This document shows, piece after piece, positions 7,571-16,331 of a stretch of DNA of 28,469 nucleotides. A model generated the notes under the pieces. That model had not been told where the DNA came from and made no database searches. It saw only the letters and a list, made by a program, of their open reading frames with translations. The DNA is taken from the IMG/VR virus record IMGVR_UViG_3300032250_000578, positions 1 through 28,469 of that record; one strand, written 5' to 3'. Made by a program: the position numbers and the translations under genes. Source of the stretch: a virus (lineage: Duplodnaviria > Caudoviricetes). The number at the start of each line of letters is the position of its first letter. The stretch's first letter is position 1.

Positions 7571-8599
7571 TTAGGCACTACGCATGCAAGTGGTTTCTGC
7601 CAAGCGTTTCCAGTTCAACACTGACATCTTGCGCAGGTCTGCAATTTTAAGAGCCATACGCAAACTCACTTCACGCAAACGAGACTGGTTATCAACCATA
7701 AAGTTGATAATGTCATCTTGCACACACTCATCAAACTCGTAGTCCTGGAACAGGACGCCATCTTTGGCAATCTGTTTGATACGCAACAACTTGTCACGCA
7801 TGGTGTCCAGGGTGAGGTCAAGATAGTGACAACGACTTTGCAAGGCATCCAAGTGGTCACGCAATTTTTGCGACTTCATCTGATCAAACTTCAAGTTTGT
7901 AATAAAGATAACACTGCCTTTGAACTCGAAGCGATCCGGAATGCCTTCGCGACGCAAGGCACTGCTCTCACTCAACCAGCTGATGGTACGTTTCTTACCT
8001 GAGTCCAAGGCGCCCTTGAGCAGGTTAAGTGCAACGTCATCCAGCAAAATGCTGTCACAGTCATCAAACACAACCACACAATTGGTGTCAGAATACTTGT
8101 ACAGGGTCTGGTACAGACCGATTGGGGTGGCACTGCCTTTGACAACCTCGGCACGGAGACGCTTGCCAGCCAACTTGTCAAACAAGCAGGCCTTTTCAAT
8201 TTCTGATTCCACGCCGTGGCTCTTGCCTACGCCTGGGGGACCTGACACAATCATAGCACGGATGTCACCTGACACTGTGGCCTTGGTCATCTCGTGCAGG
8301 ATGTCAAATCGCTCACGGATACGATTCATTGCCTCGTCGTCAGTTTCTACAACGGGTGCGGATTTTTGGGGTTGAGCAGTTTTGGTAGTACTCACAGTAT
8401 CTCCATTTACATATTCGATATCACGGATGGAATCTACACGGACACGGATGGTGTCAGGGCAGTTGGGAAAGTTACCGTCATTTTTAACAGTAACATAATT
8501 GCCCTTGGCACCGGATGCAAAACCCGATACAAGAGTAAAAACAACATTACGAACAGAGTTCTTGCGATACTCGCCGTTAACAATACGAATGGCACTCAT
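7571..8599 (-). CDS. AAA+ / P-loop ATPase
   Basis: Motifs GPPGVGKS (Walker A), VVVFDDCD (Walker B), IFITN (sensor 1) and ALQSR (Arg finger); strong AAGGAG RBS. Confidence 0.85.
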   Translation of the reverse strand: MSAIRIVNGEYRKNSVRNVVFTLVSGFASGAKGNYVTVKNDGNFPNCPDTIRVRVDSIRDIEYVNGDTVSTTKTAQPQKSAPVVETDDEAMNRIRERFDILHEMTKATVSGDIRAMIVSGPPGVGKSHGVESEIEKACLFDKLAGKRLRAEVVKGSATPIGLYQTLYKYSDTNCVVVFDDCDSILLDDVALNLLKGALDSGKKRTISWLSESSALRREGIPDRFEFKGSVIFITNLKFDQMKSQKLRDHLDALQSRCHYLDLTLDTMRDKLLRIKQIAKDGVLFQDYEFDECVQDDIINFMVDNQSRLREVSLRMALKIADLRKMSVLNWKRLAETTCMRSA

Positions 8600-8645
8600 G
8601 GTTGGCTCCTTTAGTGTGCGGTTAATCTTAACTGTCTATGTATCT

Positions 8646-8676
8646 ATTATAACAAATTAGAAATTATTGGTCAACC
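8646..8676 (-). promoter_or_regulatory. strong early sigma70-type promoter, copy 1
   Basis: GGTTGACC-17 nt-TATAAT upstream of the ATPase gene. Confidence 0.8.
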
Positions 8677-9059
8677 AAGTGTCCATTAATTCCAAACTGT
8701 TCCGACAGCACTGTTTTGCAGGCATCAACCGTGCGTTTGGTCACCACAACACGGCCACCTATGAATCCCACGTAGAGATTTCTGTGTGCTACAAACTTGA
8801 TCTCGCCGTCTGCACCGGTGTGCTTTTGACGAGCGGCAGGTTTGGACACTGCTTTTTTAGACGCGGGTTTTGCCGCAGTCTTGACTGGTTTTTCTGCTGT
8901 CACAGGCACTGACACTTTGGGCGCAGAATTTACAAATCCATGCTTTTTGTCATAACGAGCAATTTGCTCTGGAGTCATACCCCAGGTGGCCAATAAGCGT
9001 TTGACTTCTGTACCGGGCAGTTGATTCCAGTGGATGATCTTGTCAGTCCAGTTCTGCAT
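8664..9059 (-). CDS. hypothetical early protein with a Lys/Ala/Pro-rich linker
   Basis: 131 aa with an AAGGAG RBS and its own promoter; central KPVKTAAKPASKKAVSKPAA segment. Confidence 0.75.
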   Translation of the reverse strand: MQNWTDKIIHWNQLPGTEVKRLLATWGMTPEQIARYDKKHGFVNSAPKVSVPVTAEKPVKTAAKPASKKAVSKPAARQKHTGADGEIKFVAHRNLYVGFIGGRVVVTKRTVDACKTVLSEQFGINGHLVDQ

Positions 9060-9088
9060 ACGTGGCTCCTTTTAGTTACTATACAAGT

Positions 9089-9119
9089 ATTATAACAAAT
9101 TGAGAATTTGGGGTCAACC
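9089..9119 (-). promoter_or_regulatory. strong early sigma70-type promoter, copy 2
   Basis: GGTTGACC-17 nt-TATAAT. Confidence 0.8.
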
Positions 9120-9153
9120 GATTAATTTGTGGCTTTTTTGCCACAAATTCTGC

Positions 9154-9363
9154 TTATTTTTTAAGCACTTCGTAAAATCTGTGGTTGATCACGTCCATTT
9201 CCGCCTGCTCTACATAGAAGTCTGTAGCGGGATCGTAGTACTGACCCATTTTGTTGTCATAATACAACACTCGACCGGAGAAGTTAAACGGACCTTCCAA
9301 GCCCTTGCGTGGGCCATACTTGGTGCGCATCATGTCTGTGGTGTCTACAACTTTATAGCCCAT
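9154..9363 (-). CDS. small hypothetical early protein
   Basis: 69 aa (GLEGPF...VLYYD...G.YYDP.TDFY) with an AAGGAG RBS and its own promoter. Confidence 0.75.
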   Translation of the reverse strand: MGYKVVDTTDMMRTKYGPRKGLEGPFNFSGRVLYYDNKMGQYYDPATDFYVEQAEMDVINHRFYEVLKK

Positions 9364-9393
9364 CTCAAACTCCTTTTTAACTATCTTACAAGT

Positions 9394-9424
9394 ATTATAG
9401 CAAAATGGGAATAATTGGTCAACC
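9394..9424 (-). promoter_or_regulatory. strong early sigma70-type promoter, copy 3
   Basis: GGTTGACC-17 nt-TATAAT. Confidence 0.8.
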
Positions 9425-9425
9425 T

Positions 9426-10151
9426 TTATTGCCAGTGTGACAGCACCACTGTATCGCTAATTTCATGCGGTTTGGGATGGCCATGAAACACCAAGATGCC
9501 AGTGTCAGCATCAATTGCTGTACCAGCGCCGGGTGCAAGATACTTTCTTTTTGAAAAATTAAATCCACCATCCAGTGCTTGCCATCGCCAACTTTTTACC
9601 CAGTCGGTGTTGAAAAATCGACGTCGTTCCTGTGGTATGGTAACTGACACAAAGTCTTGATCACCACGATACTTTATGCAAGCTGAATCAATTCCTTGGT
9701 CTGTCACTGCTTTCCATACATAGGCATAGTCTTCAGTGTTCCACCACATCACACTGGTGTTAGATGTTGTGCAGGTGTTTTTCCACAGATATTTAAAATC
9801 TCGCACTGCCCAAAAATAACGTAGATTTAACTGCCAAATCCAGTCAATGTTTTTTGTTATCACTGTGTCAAGATCAAAGTACAACAGTGGACCGCGGTGG
9901 TGAGCAGGGTCAAACAGTTGTAGTTTGTACCACCAACTTTTTACAGCGCCACTGCTGTGCATATCTGCCAACACATGTTTGATCATGTGATCCGGGACCG
10001 GTCTATCTGCTTCAGTGTACACATGTAATCTTACCGGGCGACTTAGATGCCGGCACAACATGTTGTATAAACGATCTACATAATCCCAGGTATATCCATC
10101 TCCGTGTATCACACAGGCACAGTCTAAGGGATCATTGTTGTCAGGCATCAT
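9426..10151 (-). CDS. GT-A fold glycosyltransferase
   Basis: Motifs WWYKLQLF, LYFDLD (DxD), NTSVM, GDQDF and FHGHPKPH. The start is moved to MMPDNND, just after a TAAATA motif. Confidence 0.75.
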   Translation of the reverse strand: MMPDNNDPLDCACVIHGDGYTWDYVDRLYNMLCRHLSRPVRLHVYTEADRPVPDHMIKHVLADMHSSGAVKSWWYKLQLFDPAHHRGPLLYFDLDTVITKNIDWIWQLNLRYFWAVRDFKYLWKNTCTTSNTSVMWWNTEDYAYVWKAVTDQGIDSACIKYRGDQDFVSVTIPQERRRFFNTDWVKSWRWQALDGGFNFSKRKYLAPGAGTAIDADTGILVFHGHPKPHEISDTVVLSHWQ

Positions 10152-10155
10152 TTGA

Positions 10156-10183
10156 TATTTACCGTTATGTACATACATAAATA
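10156..10183. promoter_or_regulatory. divergent late-type TAAATA promoters of the glycan cluster
   Basis: TAAATA on the minus strand at 10156-10161 and on the plus strand at 10178-10183, each 4-7 nt from an ATG. Confidence 0.55.
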
Positions 10184-10188
10184 TCTTT

Positions 10189-10947
10189 ATGAAAATAGTT
10201 ATAGTAACCGGCGGGTTTGACCCCATACACTCAGGACATATATCTTATCTCAATCATGCTGATCATCTAGGTGATCATGTGGTTGTGGGACTAAACTCAG
10301 ATGCGTGGCTCACACGTAAAAAGGGTCGTCCATTCATGTCATGGCATGAACGCATGACCGTACTGGATAATCTACACATGGTTGGTGAAGTCATTGCGTT
10401 TGACGACAGCGACGGCACAGCCTGTGATGCTATACGTCAAATTCAAGAAAAATACCCTAACGATGAAATCATCTTTGCCAACGGTGGAGATAGAACAAAA
10501 GACAACATTCCCGAACAGGTGTTTGACAACGTAGAGTTTGTGTTTGGGGTAGGCGGTGAAAACAAAGCCAACTCCAGCAGTTGGATCTTGGAAGAATGGA
10601 AGGCACCAAAAACTGAGCGACAGTGGGGATACTATCGTGTGTTGCACGAAGTAGGCAATCATGTCAAACTCAAAGAACTCACTGTGGCGCCTGGCGCATG
10701 CCTTAGCATGCAGCGGCACAGCAAACGTGCAGAATTTTGGTTTGTGGCCGAAGGCGAAGCCACCGTATACACTGTTGATCCTGGCAACGACCGATACCGA
10801 GTTATGGCCACACCGTTGCAACATCAATCCACCTGGATCAAACTGAGCGAATGGCATCAATTATGCAACGAAAGCGACCAGCCGTTGCGGTTGATTGAAA
10901 TTCAGTATGGCGAACAGTGCAGCGAAGATGACATTGAACGACTATGA
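10189..10947 (+). CDS. cytidylyltransferase-like (HxGH) domain fused to a mannose-6-P-isomerase-type cupin
   Basis: N-terminal GGFDPIHSGH, GLNSD.WL.RKKG and FANGGDR; C-terminal RQWGYYRVL...LSMQRH..RAEFW...IEIQYG...EDDIER. Confidence 0.85.
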   Translation: MKIVIVTGGFDPIHSGHISYLNHADHLGDHVVVGLNSDAWLTRKKGRPFMSWHERMTVLDNLHMVGEVIAFDDSDGTACDAIRQIQEKYPNDEIIFANGGDRTKDNIPEQVFDNVEFVFGVGGENKANSSSWILEEWKAPKTERQWGYYRVLHEVGNHVKLKELTVAPGACLSMQRHSKRAEFWFVAEGEATVYTVDPGNDRYRVMATPLQHQSTWIKLSEWHQLCNESDQPLRLIEIQYGEQCSEDDIERL

Positions 10948-11630
10948 AACCTATTCCGGTATTTGTTGGTTACGATCCCAGAGAAGCAGTTGCATATCAT
11001 GTATGCGTTAACAGCATTATCAGGCATGCTAGTCAACCAGTATGCATCATTCCACTGGCACTGAACCTATTCAACGACTACAAAGAAACGCATACTGACG
11101 GTAGCAATCAATTCATCTACTCAAGATTTTTAGTACCGCACTTGATGGACTACACCGGCTGGGCTATTTTTATTGACGGTGATATGATAGTGCGCAGTGA
11201 CATTGTAGAACTGTGGAATTTACAAAACTCTTACCGGGATGTTATGGTAGTCAAGCATGATTACAAAACTCGCATGCCGGTAAAATACCTAGGAGCACGA
11301 AATGAAGACTATCCTCGAAAAAATTGGAGTAGTGTTATTCTGTGGAATTGTAATAGCTTTCCTAACAGGCAACTTACTCCCGAGTTCATCCAGCAGGCCA
11401 CCGGCAGTTTCCTCCACCGCTTCTCGTGGTTAGATGATGCTCGCATTGGAGAGTTGCCCCGGGAATGGAATTGGTTACCCGACGAATTTGGGCCAAACCC
11501 TGCGGCCAAACTGTTGCACTATACGCTAGGTGCACCGTGCTTTGAAGAGTTTGCTGATACCCCACAGGCAGACGAATGGCATCAAGAACGTGCTCTTACC
11601 GAACACTGTCAACAACAAGGAACAGCATGA
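10944..11630 (+). CDS. glycosyltransferase, GT8-like
   Basis: Motifs VFVGYDPRE, FIYSRFLVP, FIDGDM (DxD), YPRKNWSS, WNWL and HYTLG.P; ATGA coupling with the upstream gene. Confidence 0.8.
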   Translation: MKPIPVFVGYDPREAVAYHVCVNSIIRHASQPVCIIPLALNLFNDYKETHTDGSNQFIYSRFLVPHLMDYTGWAIFIDGDMIVRSDIVELWNLQNSYRDVMVVKHDYKTRMPVKYLGARNEDYPRKNWSSVILWNCNSFPNRQLTPEFIQQATGSFLHRFSWLDDARIGELPREWNWLPDEFGPNPAAKLLHYTLGAPCFEEFADTPQADEWHQERALTEHCQQQGTA

Positions 11631-12379
11631 AGGCGTTTGTAATTTACTTGTCCGGTAAAGAACACAGTGTGCAATCATCACAAATAGTTCTCGAAACTCT
11701 TGTTGAGGAGTATGGTGTTGACGCTGAGTTATTCGACGGTATTTCGGGCGACAAGGCTGTAGAAATTGCTCGCAAAGGAAATAAAAAATTATATCCGTAT
11801 GGCATAAAAAATCACGAATTAACACAGAAAGAAACACTAGACTTAATTTGTCCAGAATTACACAACGATTTTTTATCCAATTACTATAGTAAAATTTATA
11901 AACGAAATAGAGTAGGCGACGCTGCTGAAAAAATGAGTACCCCGGGCGTCAAAGGTTGTTTTTTCAGTCATTACACACTGTGGCAAAAGTGCATAGAGCT
12001 TGACGAACCTATTATGATCTTCGAGGATGATGTAAAATTTTATAGAAATTTTATGCCTGTAGAATGGGACGATGTGTTGATACTAGCATTGGGCAAGCAA
12101 ACTTATTTGCACGATCCGTGGAAGACCTATTTAGAAAATCCAACAGGTAATCCACAAGCTCTCACTTGGAGAAATTTTTCCATGCCTGGCTGTGTTGGGT
12201 ATGCAATAAAACCACATGCAGCAAAACGATTAGTTAGATTTTACAAGAACTACTGGTATCCTGCAGACAATGCAATCAACATGTTTCTTTGCGATATACA
12301 AATAGCAAATTATCAAATGGGACGTACCACATTGCCCGAAGAAGGCAATGTTTCAAGTATAAGAACAAAGGACCAGTAG
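11627..12379 (+). CDS. glycosyltransferase family 25-like
   Basis: Start at MKAFVIYL (ATGA overlap); motifs GCFFSHYTLW, IFEDD, GYAI...AAKRL and PAD. Confidence 0.8.
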   Translation: MKAFVIYLSGKEHSVQSSQIVLETLVEEYGVDAELFDGISGDKAVEIARKGNKKLYPYGIKNHELTQKETLDLICPELHNDFLSNYYSKIYKRNRVGDAAEKMSTPGVKGCFFSHYTLWQKCIELDEPIMIFEDDVKFYRNFMPVEWDDVLILALGKQTYLHDPWKTYLENPTGNPQALTWRNFSMPGCVGYAIKPHAAKRLVRFYKNYWYPADNAINMFLCDIQIANYQMGRTTLPEEGNVSSIRTKDQ

Positions 12380-12380
12380 A

Positions 12381-13043
12381 ATGTGGGTACTAGCGACAAG
12401 ATCTCGTGTAAACAACTGTGATAGATTTATCAAGGCATGGAAAGAAACACATTCAACTACACCGGTGTATGTTCGTTTAGATGAATGCGATCCAGATTTA
12501 GAATCAATTAAGTCTTTGCCATGGCCTTCCGAATTCAATGTAGTGGTAGGACCTCGAGCACGAATAGGCCAAGCCATGCAAGAAATGTTTGCCAACTATC
12601 CCAATGAACCCTGGTACGGTATATTGGCCGATGATACTATTCCCGGAACTAGACACTGGGATCAACGATTGGTTGATGCCGCCGGGTTAACAAGCATTTC
12701 GTATGCGGACGAAGTCTGGGAGAAAAAAGCTCGCGTTTGCCATCCATGTGTTGGCGGCGACCTTGTTAGATTTGTGGGATTTTTTGGACTACCTGTAGTC
12801 AAGCATTGGGGAATAGACACAGTCTGGGAACGAATACATCACGAATGTGGGCTCAACAATAAACAACATGATGTTGTGTTGGAACATGCTCATTTTACTT
12901 TTAATCAAGCAAGTTTAGATCGCACATACGAAGAATCACAGGCTTTAAAATCACAAGACCGGGCTGCATATAGGCAGTGGATGGAAGAAAATTTTGAGTC
13001 GCTCAAGGCTAGGCTATGCAAGCAGTTTGGATGGAAACAATGA
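12381..13043 (+). CDS. probable GT-A (GT2-like) glycosyltransferase
   Basis: Motifs LATRSR, ILADD, HWGID and LEHAH; lies inside the glycosyltransferase operon. Confidence 0.55.
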   Translation: MWVLATRSRVNNCDRFIKAWKETHSTTPVYVRLDECDPDLESIKSLPWPSEFNVVVGPRARIGQAMQEMFANYPNEPWYGILADDTIPGTRHWDQRLVDAAGLTSISYADEVWEKKARVCHPCVGGDLVRFVGFFGLPVVKHWGIDTVWERIHHECGLNNKQHDVVLEHAHFTFNQASLDRTYEESQALKSQDRAAYRQWMEENFESLKARLCKQFGWKQ

Positions 13044-13963
13044 AAGTAGGAATATTTTACAATTCTATCAGCAATCCAGCTAAATTCTCGAACAAAACAA
13101 TGCTGATGGATAACTTCAGCTCGGGTGTTAAGCTACATGGTGACCAGGTCGTTGAATATCGAGGCAACGCCTTGCCGGATCAACAGTTGGATGCAGGATT
13201 TGTACTGGGTTACACACTGGAAGATAACTTTAGAAAAAAGATTATCAACAGCTTAACAGCGCAAAAAACTCCTCAGGTGTTTGTGGACAGCAATATATTA
13301 CACTACTCAAGAAAAGAACACGAATGGCATCGCTACAGTCTCAACAGTGTGTATCCCGGCTCAGGCGAATATTTCTTTCAACCCTTGGATCGCACCAAAT
13401 GGACTACATTCAGTGAGTGGCACGGTGCAGTGATGCAGCCGTGGAGAACCGGTACTGGTGGCCGGCACATATTGATCTTGTGCCAACGTCCTAAAGGTTG
13501 GAATATGTTTGGCAACGACCAAGACTCTTGGTTAGATCAAACAATTGATCGTATTCGAACTATCGAACCTACCCGCCCAATTGTTGTGCGTATGCATCCA
13601 GGCGATGGTGCAAGATTTAAACAGATTGAGAAAACACAAAAAAAGCACAGCGGCCGAGGTGTCACTGTATCAACCAACGACAACATCAGAGATGATTTAA
13701 TCAACTGCTGGTGTACTGTTGGCTACAATTCTACACCAAATGTGGTTGCTGCCATTGAAGGCATTCCCTGCTATGTAGAGGATCCTACTCACAGCTGGGC
13801 AGCCGATGTAGCGTTTACTGATATAAATCAAATATCAAATCCACCTATGCCAGATCGGTCAGAGTGGATTCATAAAATTGCCAACATACACTGGAGCAAC
13901 GAAGAAGTGCGGACCGGACAACTGTGGTCAGCAATCAAGAACTATATTTCTGCTTCTCGTTGA
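13040..13963 (+). CDS. KpsS/capsule-biosynthesis-like (GT-B) protein
   Basis: Start at MKVGIFY (ATGA overlap); motifs IVVRMHP and VGYNST..V.AAIEGIP. Confidence 0.6.
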   Translation: MKVGIFYNSISNPAKFSNKTMLMDNFSSGVKLHGDQVVEYRGNALPDQQLDAGFVLGYTLEDNFRKKIINSLTAQKTPQVFVDSNILHYSRKEHEWHRYSLNSVYPGSGEYFFQPLDRTKWTTFSEWHGAVMQPWRTGTGGRHILILCQRPKGWNMFGNDQDSWLDQTIDRIRTIEPTRPIVVRMHPGDGARFKQIEKTQKKHSGRGVTVSTNDNIRDDLINCWCTVGYNSTPNVVAAIEGIPCYVEDPTHSWAADVAFTDINQISNPPMPDRSEWIHKIANIHWSNEEVRTGQLWSAIKNYISASR

Positions 13964-14729
13964 CAAAGGCTGCCAGTTCTTTACGTGTGCCTTTGGCCGT
14001 CCAGATACAACTGCTGTCTTGCATGTTCCAATCAATGTAACTGATGGGTAGTTGACCACAGTTGTATTTTGGTACAATAGGATCCAACAGGTCTTGGTCC
14101 AGTCCCCAGTATAGATAATCGCCGACGATATAAGATTCCAATTGGTCAGCATACTCGCGTAGGAATTGACCAGTGGCCACAGTGGGATTGAGATACAGGC
14201 CGCCAGCCAAGAATCTTGCTTTTTTTCCTGTTATCCTATGTATGTAAAAATCATGTGCTGTGTCAAGGGCTGGTATGGGTTTTCGAACCACTGCATCGAC
14301 ATCAACACACAGAGCTGTAGTCGAGCCAAACAGTTGTGCCAATCTAATAAATCTTGCACAGGCATAGTATGTTTTCTGCATACGTTCAAGTACATTGGCA
14401 TCTCGACCTTTGGTCATGGCTGTCAGTGTGCGATTGTACTGTGACATAACGGGTTCCGCAGTTGGCGCACGGTGCCATTTGTCAGCAGCTGATTGAAACA
14501 AATCTAACGGTACATGTTCATATGTCATAGATACATTGCTAGCGGCATTACAAAATTCAATCTGCGACTCAGATGGATTGAACACATGCATGTGAACACC
14601 CAGGCCGGTGTTTTGTTGCACACTGCGAACAAACTCTCGACCAAACTCGTCAAAGTATTTTTGATCGCATGCAGCATACACAAAAAAGTTTTGCTGAGTA
14701 CAGGTGCCGTGCAAGGATGGAATAATCAT
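13935..14729 (-). CDS. probable nucleotide-sugar transferase (GT-A)
   Basis: Motifs AACD..YF, YYACARF, CVDVDAVV (DxD), WGLDQ and IWTAKG. The start is moved to MIIPSLH, 7 nt after TAAATA at 14737-14742. Confidence 0.6.
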   Translation of the reverse strand: MIIPSLHGTCTQQNFFVYAACDQKYFDEFGREFVRSVQQNTGLGVHMHVFNPSESQIEFCNAASNVSMTYEHVPLDLFQSAADKWHRAPTAEPVMSQYNRTLTAMTKGRDANVLERMQKTYYACARFIRLAQLFGSTTALCVDVDAVVRKPIPALDTAHDFYIHRITGKKARFLAGGLYLNPTVATGQFLREYADQLESYIVGDYLYWGLDQDLLDPIVPKYNCGQLPISYIDWNMQDSSCIWTAKGTRKELAAFVNEKQKYSS

Positions 14730-14753
14730 AGTGAAATATTTAATGGATAATTT

Positions 14754-15596
14754 ATGCGTGTGAGTATTTTTGATCAATATGGTGCGCTCAACAGCGCACC
14801 GGTGTTTGCAGCCATTCGAGCCGGACTTGACAGTCTTGGCATCGAACACAACAGTATGGACAGCTCAGCCGATGTGGCTGTTATATGGAGCCAACTATGG
14901 CACGGCCGCATGAAGGCCAATCAAGGTGTCTGGGACTCTTTTCGACGCAGTGGGCGACCGGTTGTTGTGGCTGAAGTAGGCATGTTACGGCGCGGCAGCA
15001 CTTGGAAGTTGGGACTAAACGGAACTGGCAGTACAGCCTACTATGGACCTGATATAATTCCTGGTCGTGCCGAACACCTGAGAATCGCAACACAACCCTG
15101 GACCAATTCTGGCCTCAACATCGTTATCGCTGCACAAAGGTCTGACAGTGAACAATGGGCCGGACAGCCGCCCACTGTGGCTTGGCTGACTGAAACCGTC
15201 AACAAGATTAGAAAACACAGCGACAGGCCTATTGTTGTGCGCCCGCACCCAAGACAGCGCATCAGCAACATTCCCGGCTGTGTGATTGAAATGCCGCAGC
15301 CAGTGCAGGGCACCTACGACAATTTTGATTATGAACGTTGCTTATCCACTGCCTGGGCTGTGGTAAATCACAACAGTGGACCAGGATCGCAGGCTGTACT
15401 AAACGGAGTACCGGCATTTGTTGATGCCAGCAGCTTGGCAGCCACAGTAGGCAATCTAGACCTTGCTCAGATTGAGCAGCCTGTGCGCCCAGACAGGTCC
15501 CAATGGATCAACCAGCTGGCACAGACCGAGTGGTACGTTGAGGAAATTGCTTCGGGTCTACCGCTGCAACGATTATTGCTGACCCAGCCAAGATAG
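14754..15596 (+). CDS. KpsS/capsule-biosynthesis-like protein, paralogue of 13040-13963
   Basis: Motifs IVVRPHP and VVNHNSGPGSQAVLNGVP; C-terminal PDRSQW...W..EEI.SG parallels PDRSEW...W..EEV.TG in the paralogue. Confidence 0.6.
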   Translation: MRVSIFDQYGALNSAPVFAAIRAGLDSLGIEHNSMDSSADVAVIWSQLWHGRMKANQGVWDSFRRSGRPVVVAEVGMLRRGSTWKLGLNGTGSTAYYGPDIIPGRAEHLRIATQPWTNSGLNIVIAAQRSDSEQWAGQPPTVAWLTETVNKIRKHSDRPIVVRPHPRQRISNIPGCVIEMPQPVQGTYDNFDYERCLSTAWAVVNHNSGPGSQAVLNGVPAFVDASSLAATVGNLDLAQIEQPVRPDRSQWINQLAQTEWYVEEIASGLPLQRLLLTQPR

Positions 15597-16331
15597 GCTT
15601 TTGTCAATCCAATACAACACAAGATCCTGCTGTCTTAGATATCCGTGTCGTTTTACACTGGCCACTGCGGTTTCTGGCAGCAGATCTTTTTCTGCTAGAT
15701 CGTACCAGGTGGTAGTGCGTGGATCCATTGGTGCATGTGTACTTTTATACACAATCACATGTATAAAGTCATCGTTGGGTTTCTTAAGGAAGAAACCTGA
15801 TCTACAATCCCATCCGTTCACTGCCAGCATGTGCATTAGGCTGACCAAGGTATGATGATAGTAGCATCCACTGGGTTGCACAAACGACAATTGGCGTAGA
15901 TCTATATTGGTTGTCTGCGGCACTGACATGATCAACATGCCGCCGTCTTCGGCCAGGCGGTTCCATTTGGCCAGTGTTTCTAACGGATTAATACAGTGCT
16001 GAAACGCATTGTGACACCACAGCACATCAAACTTTGCCGTAGCAGACATTTTTTCAGTGCTTTCAAAGTCCAGTTTATGGTATACAATGTTGGGGTATTT
16101 TCTAACAATTGAAGGTGCAGGCCCTAGATCAACGCCAGCACACTTGATGTTCAGCGGAACAATTTCCTCGCCTCTGGTTGTTCTAGTTGCCCACCATTCC
16201 AAGTCCAGGCCTGACCCGCAGCCAAGGTCAATCAACGTGCCAACACTTTCCATAAAATCGTCATATTCATACAGAGTATTCAGTATCTGTAAACTGTGTG
16301 CGTGACTTTCTTCGTGATTTCTAAATATCAT
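15573..16331 (-). CDS. class I SAM-dependent methyltransferase
   Basis: Motifs LIDLGCGSG (motif I), GVDL, FDVLW and GGMLIM. Confidence 0.8.
   Translation of the reverse strand: MIFRNHEESHAHSLQILNTLYEYDDFMESVGTLIDLGCGSGLDLEWWATRTTRGEEIVPLNIKCAGVDLGPAPSIVRKYPNIVYHKLDFESTEKMSATAKFDVLWCHNAFQHCINPLETLAKWNRLAEDGGMLIMSVPQTTNIDLRQLSFVQPSGCYYHHTLVSLMHMLAVNGWDCRSGFFLKKPNDDFIHVIVYKSTHAPMDPRTTTWYDLAEKDLLPETAVASVKRHGYLRQQDLVLYWIDKSLSWLGQQ

Noticed and set aside
7448-7624. Plus-strand GGAG...ATG at 7432-7450 read as an RBS for an antisense ORF
   Set aside because: The SD-ATG spacing is long, the peptide is not protein-like, and it overlaps two better minus-strand ORFs. The anti-RBS reading is preferred, though this one is not strictly excluded.
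8646-9424. Three spaced repeats considered as a CRISPR-like array
   Set aside because: The repeats are degenerate promoters separated by whole genes of unequal length.
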